NCBI GenBank assembly: GCA_030390025.1
Contig: CM059432.1
Span: 126,544,001 to 126,608,000 of the forward strand
From: Squalus acanthias
Taxonomy: Eukaryota
DNA: 64,000 bases
Reading direction: 5' to 3'
The translations under genes were made by a program, and so were the position numbers. Every line of letters begins with the position of its first letter. Position 1 is the first letter of the stretch. Below the pieces are notes generated by a model, which was given only the letters and a program-made list of their open reading frames with translations, was not told the origin of the DNA and did no database searches. Positions 50,850 to 62,787 of this stretch are shown here, piece after piece.

Positions 50850-51800
50850 ATGGTTTCTATTACCTTGCAAGGTAGATTATTCCAAACATTTATCATTCTT
50901 TAAGTAAAGACGTTTCTCGTACTATCTGTTGGAAGCTTACTTTTAATTCATTTTTATTTACGTCCTCTGGTTCTACTTTCGTGACACAGTTTGAAATAAT
51001 AATCTGGTTTTACCTTCCACTATCTAATACTTGACTACATCTTCTGTGGCATTCTATGGGGAGTCAGAGAATTTGCGGTTTTATAACGATAGGGGTGTTT
51101 ATACATCGTGGCAACTCATTCGCAGTGACCGAAAAAATCAAATTCCAGTTTAATAAATGGAATGACGTGATTTTCACGGGTGCTTTGGGGATTGATTTTC
51201 ACAACTCTGTCCATTATTCTGTGAAAACTGCAAATGAGTGGCCTTTATATTTCTTTACCCATGTATTTACTGTTTATCCTTTACCGCTTTTAATGCTGGA
51301 ATTACGTTAACAGGATGGTCTGCGAGATGCACTAATTGAAGGTGGTTATCTGGGGCTCGAAATTTCAATGCTGCTATGCTGCCATCTGAACTGGGGTGGA
51401 GTGGAGTGGGACCTCTGCTCGGCATGAGGACACAGCACTGATCCCCACCATAAATAGTGGGGGGGTCAGCTAATTTAAATAGGCAGAGACATGTGCGGGC
51501 TGACTAAATACGGCCTGCAATGCCTCAGATATGCTGGAGGGGACAAGAAGCAGAAAACTCCGACACAGACAGGACTTGGGCCCCAAATGTGCCCTGAACG
51601 GCTGACAGAGGAGTCAGAGGTGAAAAATACCTAGAGGCAAGAAAGAGACCTGGTGCGGCAGTATGATATAAAACCTGCTGGGCTTCAAAGGGACATGGCA
51701 ACACTGGGGGAAGCAGGTAACCTGGCCAAGAAGGATGTCAGCCAGAATGATGAGCATACTTCAGGGAGTGAGACAAACCTGTCCTTAATGGATGCAACCC

Positions 51801-52594
51801 ATGCCCTTTTACCTCCACCCTCCTCACTGTCCAGGGCCCCAAACACTCCTTCCAGGTGAACCAGCGATTTACTTGTACTTCTTGCAATTTAGTATACTGT
51901 ATTCGCCACTCACGATGCGGTCTCCTCTACATTGGGGAGACCAAACGCAGATTGGGCGACCGCTTTGCGGAACACCTCCGTTCAGTCCGTAAGGGTGACC
52001 CTGAGCTTCCGGTCGCCTGTCACTTTAATTCTCCGCTCCACTCCCACTCAGACCTCACCATCTTCGGCCTTTTACACTGTTCCAATGAAGCTCAACGTAA
52101 GCTCGAGGAACAGCACCTCATCTTTCGATTAGGCACTTTACAGCCTTCTGGACTCAACATAGAGTTCAACAATTCCTCTGCCCCTATTTTTTTTCCCCCC
52201 CCCCCATTTATTTTTTTTTCTCTCTCCCACATGACAGCTGTCTTTCATTCTGCCATTTACACTTCATCTAGAGCCATCTTTTGTTTCTTAACTTGTCACA
52301 TTACCATCTCCTTTTGCCTTGCACCATCATCCCTTTTGTCTCTTAATCTCTCCTGCCTTCCATCCTATCACAGACCTTCCCTTTTGTTCTTTCCTCCCCC
52401 CCCCTTTTCCCTGCCCCTACACTTGCTTAAAAACCTGTTCCATCTCCAGCTTTTTCCAGTTCAGACAAAGGGTCATCGACCTGAAGCGTTAACTCTGTTT
52501 CTCTCTCCACAGTTGCCGCCTGACCTGCTGAGTATTTCCAGCATTTTCTGTTTTTATTTCAGATTTCCAGCATCCACAGTAATTTGCTTTTGTA
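51801..52594 (+). mobile_element. Penelope-like element 3' fragment
   Basis: NLVYCIRHSRCGLLYIGETKRRLGDRFAEH...GLNIEF GIY-YIG domain; degenerate hammerhead near 52455-52495. Confidence 0.92.
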
Positions 52595-52782
52595 TTACTG
52601 TCCTTAATGGGGATAGGGAGGAGGAGGAGGAACAGTCGGTTTGGGGTTGGGGACGATGGTGGCTGTGGCAGTGATCCCCAAAACTCCTTTGCATTGCACA
52701 AAGTAGTTTAATGACTACACCACAGCAGCCAAGGTAAGCTACTGGAACCTTCCTTGCAGTTTCTTTATACATGTGTGGTGAA

Positions 52783-54150
52783 AGTAAAAACTATCCCATG
52801 GCACTAGATGGAAGAAGAGCAATGGAATTCCCCACGGCCAACATTTATCCCTCAACCAACACCACCAAAAAACAGATTAACTGGCCATTTCTCATTTGGG
52901 AGCCCTTGCTGTGCACAAATTAGCGGCCATATTTGCCTACATTACAACAGTGACTACACTTCAAAAATAATTAATTAGTTGTGAAGCACTTTGTGAAGCT
53001 CCATCTCAACCTCAGTAAGCTCCCCGCTGGAGTGGAGCTAATCTACAGAACAAATGGGAAACTGTTCAATCTCCGTCACCTCCAGTCCAGATCCAAGGTC
53101 ATCCCATCCTCTGTCATCGAATTACAGTCTGCAGACAACGCTTGCGTCTGCGCACACTCGGAGGCCGAACTCCAAACCATCGTCAACACCTTCACCGAAG
53201 TGTACGAGAGCATGGGCCTTACACTAAACATCAGTAAGACAAAGGTCCTCTATCAACCTACCTCCGCCACAGAGTACTGCTCCCCGATTATCAAATTCCA
53301 TGACGAGGCCTTGGACAACGTCCATACCTCGGGAGCCTACTGTCAACAAGGGCAGACGTCGAGGACGAAGTCCAACACCGCCTTCAGTGTGCCAGTGCAG
53401 CCTTCGGTCACCTGAGGAGGAGAGTGTTTGAAGACCAGGACCTCAAACTCAGCACCAAGCTCATGGTCTACAGAGCAGTAGTGATACCCGCCCTCCTGTA
53501 TGCTTCAGAGACATGGACCATGTACAGCAGGCAGCTCAAAGCACTAGAGGGGTACCACCAATGCTGCCACCGCAAGATCCAGCAAATCCATTGGCAGGAT
53601 AGGCGCACCAACGTCAGTGTTCTCGCTCAGGCCAACATCCCAGCATCAAAACTTTGACCACGCTCAATCAGCTCCGATGGACGGGCCACATTGTTCGCAT
53701 GCCCGATACGAGACTCCCAAAACAAGTGCTCTACTCGGAGCTCCGACACGGCAAGAGAGCCCCAGGTGGGCAGAGGAAACGCTTCAAGGACACCCTCAAA
53801 GCCTCCTTGGAAAAAGTGCAATATCCCCACCGACACCTGGGAATCCCTGGCCCAAGACCGCACAAAGTGGAGGAGAAGCATCCTGGAAGGCGCCGAACAC
53901 CGAGTCTCTTCGCTGGGAGCAAGCGGAAGCCAAGCGCAAACAGCGGAAGGAGCGCACATCAACCCAAGCACCCCACCCACCTGCCCCACCTGTGACAGAG
54001 ACTGTAGGTCCTGCATTGGACTCAGTCACCTGAGAACTCATTTTTAGTGTGGAAGCAAGTCATCCTCGGTTACGAGGGACTGCCTAAGACGACTTTAGGA
54101 CATCCCAAGGAGGTGAACGGTGCTATATAAATGCAAATTCTTTCATTCTT
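52783..54150 (+). mobile_element. Deu/SacSINE-like SINE split by an RTE insertion
   Basis: atcccatggcacta...gtgaagcacttt before the RTE; actttaggacatcc...gctatataaatgcaa after it. Confidence 0.75.
52993..54091 (+). mobile_element. 5'-truncated RTE-clade LINE
   Basis: YRTNGKLFNLRHL, ELQSADN (decayed YADD), GLTLNISKTKV, LLYASETWT, QLRWTGHIVRMPDTRLPKQVLYSEL, CPTCDRDC..HLRTH; acttt on both flanks. Confidence 0.9.
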
Positions 54151-54726
54151 CAAAATTAATGTGTCATGTGTCTGCCCATTTTCATAACCGATCTATATCC
54201 TTTCGTCTTTAAGTCTTGCTGCGCTCTTCTCTCCCTATTTATGTGTTGTCAACAGATTTGGCCATCCAACAGTTGCTTTTGGTATACAGACAATTTATGC
54301 AGATGAGAAAAAGATTGACCTCTGGTGCTATCAGTCAACCCCTCCTGTTCGTAATCCGAAATGACACCTTTCACAAGTCTCTTGACTTTTATTTTAAACC
54401 AATTTCTTATGCAGCCTCATGTTACACCAGGGATTCATATGGGTTTCAGTTCAATTACAAGTCTTTCAAATGGAATCTTGTCAAAAGCGTTCATACACTG
54501 TAAGTAAACGGTCATAGGGAGTGCCACTATCTATTTTAGTGGTGACATCCTGAAAAAAAAAATCAAGATTTGTTTGGCACGATTTTCTCTGGTTGTTTTT
54601 GATTGAGTTCTTGCTATCAAGCACCAGACCTCTTCAATCTGTCCTCAGAATAGTTTATATTATTTTTAACTGCTATTGATGTTAAGCTAATGGGCCTGTA
54701 GTTGTCTGGTCAGCTTGGGCACCTGT

Positions 54727-55638
54727 CATAGAATCATAGAATAGTACAGCTACAGAGGTGGCCATTCGGCCCATCGAGTCTGCGCCGGCTCTTTCGAAAG
54801 CTATCCGGATAGTCCCACTCTTTCCCCATATCCCTGCAATTTTTTTCTCCTTCAAGTATTTATCCAATTCCCTTTTGGAGGCTACTATTGACTTGGTTTC
54901 CACCACCCTTTCAGGCAGTGGATTCCAAATCCTAACCACTCGTTGTGTAAAAAAGTTTTTCCTCCTGTTGCCTCTGGTTCTTTTGCCAATCACCTTAAAT
55001 CTGTGCCCTCTGGTTATTGACCCTTCAGCCATTGGAAACAGTTTCTCTTTATTTACTCTATCTAAACCCTTCATGATTTTGAACACCTCTATCAAATCTC
55101 CTCTTAGCCTTCTCTGCTCTGAGGAGAAGAACCCCAGTTTCTCTAGTCAATTCACGTAACTGTAATCCCTCATCCCCGGATCCATTCGCATAAATCTCTC
55201 CAAAGCCTTCACGTCCTTCCTAATGTTTGGTACCTAGAATTGGACGCAATACTCCAGCTGGGACCGAACTAGTGTATTATATACAAAAGCTAAATACTGC
55301 GGATGCTGGAAATCTGAAATAAAAACAGAAAATGCTGGAAATACTCAGCAGGTCAGGCAGCATCTGTGGAGAGAGAAACAGAGTTAACGCTTCAGGTCGA
55401 TGACCCTTCGTCAAAACTGGAAAAAGCTGAAGATGGAACAGGTTTTTAAGCAAGTGTAGGGGCAGGGGAGGAAATAACAAAAGGGAAGGTCTGTGATAGG
55501 ATGGAAGGCAGGAGAGATTAAGAGACAAAAGGGATGATGGTGCAAGGCAAAAGGAGATGGTAATGGGACAAGTTAAGAAACAAAAGATAACTCTAGATGA
55601 AGTGTAAATGGCAAAGGCATAATGATAGACAGCTGTCA

Positions 55639-55679
<41 letters not shown>

Positions 55680-56780
55680 AAGATAGGGGCAGAGGTTATG
55701 GTCTGAAATTGTTGAACTCGATGTTGAGTCCAGAGGGCTGTAGGGTGCCTAATTTAAAGATGAGGTGCTGTTCCTCAAGCTTACGTTGAGCTTCATTGGA
55801 ACAGTGTAAGAGGCCGAGGACGGTGAGGTCTGAGTGCGAGTGGAGCGGGGAATTACAGTGACAGGCGACCGGAAGCTCGGGGTCACCCTTACGGACGGAA
55901 CGGAGGTGTTCCGCAAAGCAGTCACCCAATCTGCGCTTGGTCTCCCCAATGTAGAGGAGACCGCATCGTGAGCAGCGAATACAGTATACTAAATTGCAAG
56001 AAGTACAAGTAAATCGCTGTTTCACCTGAAAGGAGTGTTTGGGGCCCTGGACAGTGGGAAGGGAGGAGGTAAAAGGGCATGTGTTGAATCTCCTGCACTT
56101 GCACGTGCCGGGCGAAGGGGAAGGGGTGTTGGGGGTGATAGAGGAGTGGACCAGGGTGTCGCGGAGACAATGGTCCCTTCGGAATGCTGAAAGGGGAGGC
56201 GAGGGGAAGATGTGTTTGGTGGTGGGATCACGCTGGAGGTGGCGGAAATGGCGGAGGATGATCCGTTGAATGTGGAGGCTGGTGGGGTGAAAGGTGAGGA
56301 CAAGGGGAACCCTATCGTGGTTCCGGGAGGGAGGGGAGGGGGATGAGAGCAGAAGTGCGGGAAATAGAACGGACACAGTAGAGGGGAATCCTCGGTTGAG
56401 GAAAAAGGAAGACATGTTGGAAGCACTAGTATGGAAGGTGGCATCGTCAGAGCAGATGTGGCGGAGACGGAGAAACTGGGAGAATGGAATGGAGTCCTTA
56501 CAGGAGGCGGGGTGGGAGGAAGTGTAGTCCAGGTAGCTGTGGGAGTCAGTGAGCTTATAGTAAATGTTTGTCAATAGCCTATCCCCAGAGATGGAGACAG
56601 AGAAGTTGAGGAAGGGAAGGGAAGAGTCGGAGATGGACCATGTGAAGGTGAGGGAAGGGTGGAGTGTTTTATATAGGTTCAGCATAACTTCCTCATTCTT
56701 CCTACCAAAATGCATCAAATTTTGTCTGCCATGTGTCTGTGCATTTCACCAACCTGTCTATATCCTGTTGAAGTCTATTA
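54727..56780 (-). mobile_element. CR1 3' fragment split by a PLE
   Basis: IEVFKIMKGLDRV...FFTQRVVRIWN; resumes beyond 56662 with MHFGRKNEEVMLNLYKT. Confidence 0.88.
55284..56662 (-). mobile_element. Penelope-like element (RT C-terminus plus GIY-YIG endonuclease), 5'-truncated
   Basis: HPSLTFTW, LPFL, IYYKLTDSHSYLDYTSSHP, IPFSQFLRL, NLVYCIRCSRCGLLYIGET; 13-bp TSD agtgt(a/t)ttatata at 55271-55283 and 56663-56675. Confidence 0.93.
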
Positions 56781-57654
56781 CTTTATAACGTTATATTTGC
56801 CTGTGCATAAATGTACTAGAAGGTTACAAATTTGAATTCACCTGCTTGTTGTTCCAACTCCACTTTCTTGAATTTGAGTTTGCACTGCCATTTTGTTAGC
56901 CATGGCCGTTGCATCTTTTAATTCCAATCCTAGCCTTTTCTCCTTATTCCTTAAGACCCATACTTCATAAGACCACAAAATATAGTTACTGCTCATCGGG
57001 CATGTGTTTCCCTCCCCCCTCCCCCCGAGGTTTATCAGACTTTGCGAGCTTCCAGTCTACACTGAATCCACAGCCATGTGCGAGGACCTGGCTTCAATCC
57101 TGCAGGTCTGCAGATGTCACCAGGACTTGAACGGTACATCCACAACTAGTTATTACACGCTCCTAGAACTCAGCTCAGTGACTGTAACTTGCTTTGTAGA
57201 TAACATTTTCTCGATTTCCTGCAGTACCATAATTGTGTGTTATAATATTTATGTAAAAGTAATAAATATTTCTTTTCAAGCCAAACTTATTTGGATTCTT
57301 TCACTATTACGTATGATCCAATGATCATGTGATATTTTGTTGGATGTTAAGAGAGCGTTCCTGCATTTAGTTTTGCCAATACACTATTGGATTTATGGAT
57401 AAACATCTACAGATTGTAGCAGAGAGTGCAGGCCCATGGTGCAGTGCTTTCTACACAATAGAGGAGCAAAGCACCAATGCTAAAACAGAAGTGGCAGGCA
57501 ATCAAAGCAAGCTCAAGAAAGCTGGAAAGATGAGAAATGAGAGTTATATATGTAGCTAGGCACTCATAGTAAAGTAAATTATGGGCATCAGTATCAGGAC
57601 AAGTTTACCTTAGAAAGCTTAACCTGAACTAATCCAGTAACCTGCTGCGATTGA

Positions 57655-58367
57655 AAGAGAAAAGAAAGAAAAGAGAAGAACGACTTGCATTTATATAGCG
57701 CCTTTTACGACCACCGGACATCCCAAAGTGCTTTACAGCCAATGAAGTACTTTTGCAGTATAGTCACTGTTGTAATGTAGGAAATGCGGCAGCCAATTGC
57801 ACACAGCAAGCTCCCACAAACAGCAAACATAGAAACATAGAATCTAGGAGCAGGAGTAGGCCATTCGGCCCGTCGAGCCTGCTCCGCCATTCAATACGAT
57901 CATGGCTGATCATCCAAATCCAGTACCCTGTCCCTGCTTTAATCCCCACAGTACACATATCCCACCCTACCCCCGTAACCCCACGTATTTAATTCCCCCT
58001 AACATATCCCATCCTATCCCCATAACCCCACATATTTAATCCCCCCCTAACACTAAGGGTCAATTTATCATAGCCAAATCAACCTAACCCGCACATTTTT
58101 GGACTGTGGGAGGAAACCGGAGCACCCGGAGGAAACCCACGCAAACACGGGGAGAATGTGCAAACTCCACACAGACAGTCACCCGAGGTCAGATTCGAAC
58201 CCGGGTCTCTGGCGCTGTGAGGCACCAGTGCTAACCACTATGCCACCGTGTTGCCCAGATAATGACCAGATAATCTGTTTTAGTGATGTTGATTGAGGGG
58301 TAAATATTGGCTAGGACACCGGGGATAACTCCCCTGCTCTTCTTCGAAATAGTGCCATGGGATCTTA
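57655..58367 (-). mobile_element. Deu/SacSINE-like SINE split by a V-SINE
   Basis: cccacaaacagcaa before the insert; gataatgaccagataatc...gtgccatgggatctt after it. Confidence 0.8.
57827..58256 (-). mobile_element. Full-length HE1/V-SINE-like element
   Basis: tRNA head (A box TGGCATAGTGG, B box GGTTCGAATC), V-domain gtgggtttcctccgggtgctccggtttcctcccacagtccaaa, CR1-derived tail ending ctatgtttctatgt. Confidence 0.88.
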
Positions 58368-58796
58368 CTGTAGGCATGGCACTTTACATTCAAGTAAGCA
58401 CGAGGTCATACATCTGTCCTGCTGGCAAAAAAGTACAGCTTAAAATATTCATTTGTTCGATGCATACTTGGTTTTGTGACAAAACAGAGATTTCTGTATT
58501 TTATTTCATATAGTTCTGAATAGCTGTAATGGAGGTTTCGAACCCAATTTTGTAATAATGAATGGACTCATTGTTTATGGGATTAGGCCAGATAAATTCA
58601 TTTAGAAATTAATCAGGACAGAGGGACTTTGTTCTAGGTTCTAACCATATTGTACATTATCGACATATTAACAGGTCCTCAGACGTGTGACCAATTTCTC
58701 ATCAGCATTCTATGCAATAGCCTTGGCTCAATGGTAGTACTCTTGCCTCTGAGTCAGAAGGTTGTGGGTTCCAACCACATTCCAGAAACTCGAGCA

Positions 58797-59605
58797 CCTT
58801 TTCCTTTTTGTCTGTCCTTCCTAAATGTTGAGTAGCCTGGAACATTCAGTTCCCAGCTTTGGTTACCCTGCAACCATGTCTCTGTAATGGCAATTACATC
58901 ATACCCATTTACTTCTATTAGTGCCACTAATTCATCCACCTTGTTGCGAATGCTACGTGCATTTAGATAAAGTGCCTTCAACTTTGCCTGTTTAATATTT
59001 TTCTGCACTTTGACCCTCTTTACTGTTGGCCTTTGTTTCTGCTCCCTACTAGTTTTGCTGACTACAGTACTTTTCTAACTTGCACTTCCAGCTTTGTTTC
59101 TCTGTTCTGGGCCCACACTTAGGTTCCCAGCCCCCTGACAAACTAGCAAACCCCCGTTAAAATATTGGTCCCAGTTCTGCTGAGGTGTAACCTGTCCAGC
59201 TTGTACAGGTCCCACCTTCCCCAGAATCGGTCCCAATGCCTCAGGAATTTAAATCCCTCCCTCCTACACCATCTCTCCAGCCACGCATTCATCTGGTCTA
59301 TTCTCCTATTTCTGCTCTCGCTAGCACGTGGCACTGGGAGTAATCCGGAGATTACTACTTTTGAGGTCCTGCTTTTTAATTTATTTCCTAGCTCCCTACA
59401 TTCTGCTTGCAGGACCTCGTCCCTCTTTCTACCTATGTCGTTGGCACAGATATGGACCACAACCTCTGGCTGTTTACCCTCCCCCTTCCAGAATGTCCTG
59501 CAGCCGCTCAATGACATCCTTGACCCTGGCACCAGGGAGGCAACATACCATCCTGGAGTCACTTCTGCGGCCACAGAAACGTCTATCTGTTCCCCTCACT
59601 ATTGC
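58797..59605 (-). mobile_element. CR1 internal fragment: ORF1 SGNH-esterase domain and start of ORF2 APE
   Basis: VVVHICANDI...VVISGLLPVP...MNAWL...DRLHLS; LYLNARSIRNK...IAITETWL...PGYSTFRKDR. Confidence 0.9.
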
Positions 59606-60329
59606 TCTCCCTGGGGCTCCAAAAAACTGAGAAAACACTCCTGTGAAGCATCTCGAGAGGTTTTACTACATTAATGGCGCTATATAAATGCAAGTTGTTG
59701 TTCAATTGGTCATTTATCTCATTGCAGTTTGTGAAGTGCCTACACTTCAAAAATACATCTTTGGCTTGAAGTGTTTGTTGGCACAGAGGTCGTGAAAGGT
59801 GTCATATAAATGCATGTGCTTCTTTCTTGTACCATTCTGTCTTTAATCATCGATGATTAACAACTGACTTCAAAATTACTGGGACTGAATAATTACCAGG
59901 GAATTCTCCCAGTTTTTAGATCTGGCAGGAAATTCAAATTTGTGGATTGAAGGGAGATTTACATTTTCCATGTACAACCAACCATTCATCTGGAAACCTT
60001 ACCAAGACTTTCATCCAAAGTCTTCCCACCACACAAATATAGTACATTCAGAAAAAAGGTACTTTAACCCCTTTTGGGTTGATTCCAATGTTTAAAGTAT
60101 TGTGCTGATTCAGTCTTTCTGTACTATTTGGGTTCTGTGCATTAATTGACCTGTAAATAAATCAGACCAAGGAAAAAATGGACATCAGCCAAAGATGATG
60201 ATATCTGGATTGGTCACCAAAAACCTAATCAAAGCGGTGGGCATTAGAGTGTCGTCAAAGAGGAGCACGGTATTAGTGGATCCTTATGCTGCTCCTTTCA
60301 TGTGCTTGAACCGCCCTTGCCCTTTTCTG

Positions 60330-60870
60330 GGGTTGTAATAATTGGCCCCTAACAATCATGATCATTTTCCTTTTAGTCAGGTATAACTCCAGCCACCGGA
60401 GAGTTTCCCCATTGACCCCAGTTATGCTCGGGCTTCTTGGTGCCATAGTCAGTTGAATGATGCCTTGATGTCAAGGGGAGCTACTCTCACCTCTCCTCTG
60501 GGATTAAGCTCTTGCGTCCAATTCTCGATAATGGATGTGATGAGGTCCGAAGCCAAGTAGTTATGGTAAGTTGAGCATCAGTAAGCACATTACTGGCAAG
60601 TAGCTTGATTTATTGATTACTTCGTCTGTCACTTTACTGATAATTGTAATGAAGGTCGATAGGATGGTAATTGGCTGGGTTTTTTGTGAATAGGGCATAC
60701 CTGGACAATCTTCTACATGGAAGGCTAAATGTCAGTGTCATAGCTGTACTGGCAGCTTGGCTGGGGAGGCAGCAAGCTCTGGTGCTCATGTCTACATCAG
60801 TACTGCCGGAATGTTGTCAGGGCCTATAGCCTTCACTGCGGCCAGTATGCTCAACAAATTGCCTAGATAC
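60330..60870 (-). mobile_element. Old decayed LINE RT fragment (probably Zenon-like)
   Basis: Reverse-complement similarity to about 13850-14420 (gccggaatgttgtcagggcctatagcc, ggatggtaattggctgg, aatgatgccttgatgtcaagg). Confidence 0.6.
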
Positions 60871-61109
60871 TGGCATCCTCATCCACTCGCTTTGAATGAA
60901 GACCTAGAAATTGGATATGGCCACAAAACGGGCACTGTTAAGGCCCAACGATGTTAAGCTGTGCCACCTCAAAATGGTCTAGGTAGCACACAAAATTCGT
61001 GCTCAGTCCTCATTAAAGTGATTGTAGTCTTGATTTCAGCGCCAATACTGCTGCTCATTAGCTTAATGCTCAACAGGTGGGCCAATATCAGGTCCATTCT
61101 AATTCCCAA

Positions 61110-62659
61110 GGCTAGAAATTCGTTATAGCCAAGAAATTGGCAGTGTTTAGACTAAAAATGGTTAAGTAGCACCAGTTGAAAATCATCTAGGCTGCAAAAT
61201 TCATCCTCACTCCTCATTAAAATGATTGCAGTCATGATCCTCGTCTAAAAACCCAAGCTTATTGGCATTACACTGAAAAGATGGATCAATATCAGGAGCA
61301 GTCTAAACGCAAGTAATGATTGCCACAGACTTTTTCAACTACTTAAAGAAGAGGTTCATTGATGCTGCAGCACCTCATTCTCAGCATTGTTGTGTGTGCA
61401 ACTGCCTCAACAACCATAAGAAAGACAAGAAGAAGGAGCACTTAACAAATCCTGATGGCAGATCACCGCCCCAGGGAGAGAGCCTGGAGGTTTTCCGATG
61501 AAGCTTTGGAAGCATTGGTTTTAGCGGTGGAAAGAAGACAGATGATCCTGTACCCGCCAACTGACAGGAGGCCCTCGACACAAATCTGCCGGACTATGTG
61601 GAGGGAGATGGTACACCAGGTCATGGGCAGCACTGTGGTCCCCAGGACCCACACACAGTGCAGGAAGAAGTTTAACGAGCTCACACGGGTGGTCAGGGTG
61701 TGTGAAGGTTTCAAGAAATGCTACATACCAACATCTGTACCACAAACGTCTTACACTGCTCAATGAACCACACCCCCAGCACTCACCCACCAACAATCTC
61801 TACCTAGCAACACTCATGCCCACATCTCACAAAATGACAGCTATTCAACTATGGCAGGCACAAGGGTCATTAGTTATTAGAATTCATGTGACATGTGCAA
61901 TATGTTTATAGATAAATTTATTAATTGTGTTGTGAATATTTTGTGGTCTCTCTCATTTCACCTTTGCACCCAGAAGGATGCTATCATATGGCCTGAGACA
62001 GGGATTGGATGATGGGGATGTGGTGAGCTATGGGGATCCGGGATTTCATTCATGTGAATGAATGAGTTTGATGAGCCGGTCAGGGACAGCCTGTCTGGAA
62101 GGCTAATTGTCTCGGTGCCTCCGCCTTAGTTCCTGGAGGGCGAGGTCCACTGCCAGTACAACCCCCATGACTTTTAGCAAGTGTTGTAGCTTGAAGCTTT
62201 TCAGAAATAATTCTGGAGTTTTGTACTTACCACAACACTCCCTGATACCAAATAACCTTGAAATGAATAAAGAAAACTCTTCAGTGGCAGGAAGTAGCAC
62301 ACAGCCACTCAAACTTCAAAAACCTGTCAGGTCCGAGTGATTGGTGAGGATCCCTTTAAATAGCGTCGCTGGAGCCGGCTTCTTGCTGCTGCACGCCACC
62401 TGAAGCTGTCGTTGCTTTCTCCAGCCCATAAGTTCAATGACCAAAACGAAGTTGGGAGACTGGGCATCAAGTGAGCGTTGCACACTCACCGACGTCATGA
62501 TCTCCGTGATTGCAATGTCCCTGGCGATCGAATTTACCAGCAGTGTTACTGGCAAGACGGATATGGCATGCAGCGCTGGAACTGCCATCAGCTGGCGGTA
62601 AAGCTTTAAACGGCATTTTGGCGCCATCTCGTGGTGCTAAACAAACGAATTTCTCCCCC
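61110..62659 (+). mobile_element. Inner Harbinger-derived element nested in a relative
   Basis: TIRs GGCTAGAAATTCGTT / AACGAATTTCTCCCC; Myb exon 61455-61697; collapsed transposase-like trace on minus near 62060-62170. Confidence 0.78.
61455..61697 (+). pseudogene. Myb/SANT-like DNA-binding domain exon 1 (Harbinger accessory protein)
   Basis: ATG-initiated open 81 codons RERAWRFSDEALEALV...W...V...PRTHTQCRKKFNEL; donor-like agg|gtgtgt; downstream exons not found. Confidence 0.8.
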
Positions 62660-62787
62660 CCCTAGTCATGGTTGCCACAGGCTTTATTCAGTACATAACG
62701 GAGGTGCATTAATGCTACAGCACCTCATTGTCAAGCCACTCAGTGTAGCTGCAAGAAGGTAGTGCAAAACCATAGCAGAGCATCAGC

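Noticed and set aside
51856..52674. 272-aa ORF as a stand-alone GIY-YIG nuclease with hydrophobic tail
   Set aside because: PLE endonuclease whose stop was lost; the tail is read-through of a pyrimidine-rich 3' UTR
55696..56718. 340-aa ORF as a novel fusion gene
   Set aside because: Chance in-frame join of a host CR1 piece (MHFGRKNEEVMLNLYKT) to a truncated PLE across the TSD; parts drift out of the PLE frame
57955..58050. Repeat array resembling CRISPR (also 25068-25154)
   Set aside because: Two-unit tandem duplications inside TEs, no unique spacers, eukaryotic context
58190..58256. tRNA gene (also near 8770-8841, 11371 and 58720)
   Set aside because: tRNA-like A/B boxes run straight into SINE bodies; no complete cloverleaf or terminator seen
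59165..59674. 169-aa plus-strand ORF (and similar ORFs such as 12635-13282, 48764-49216, 54758-55159)
   Set aside because: Antisense shadows of LINE coding sequence
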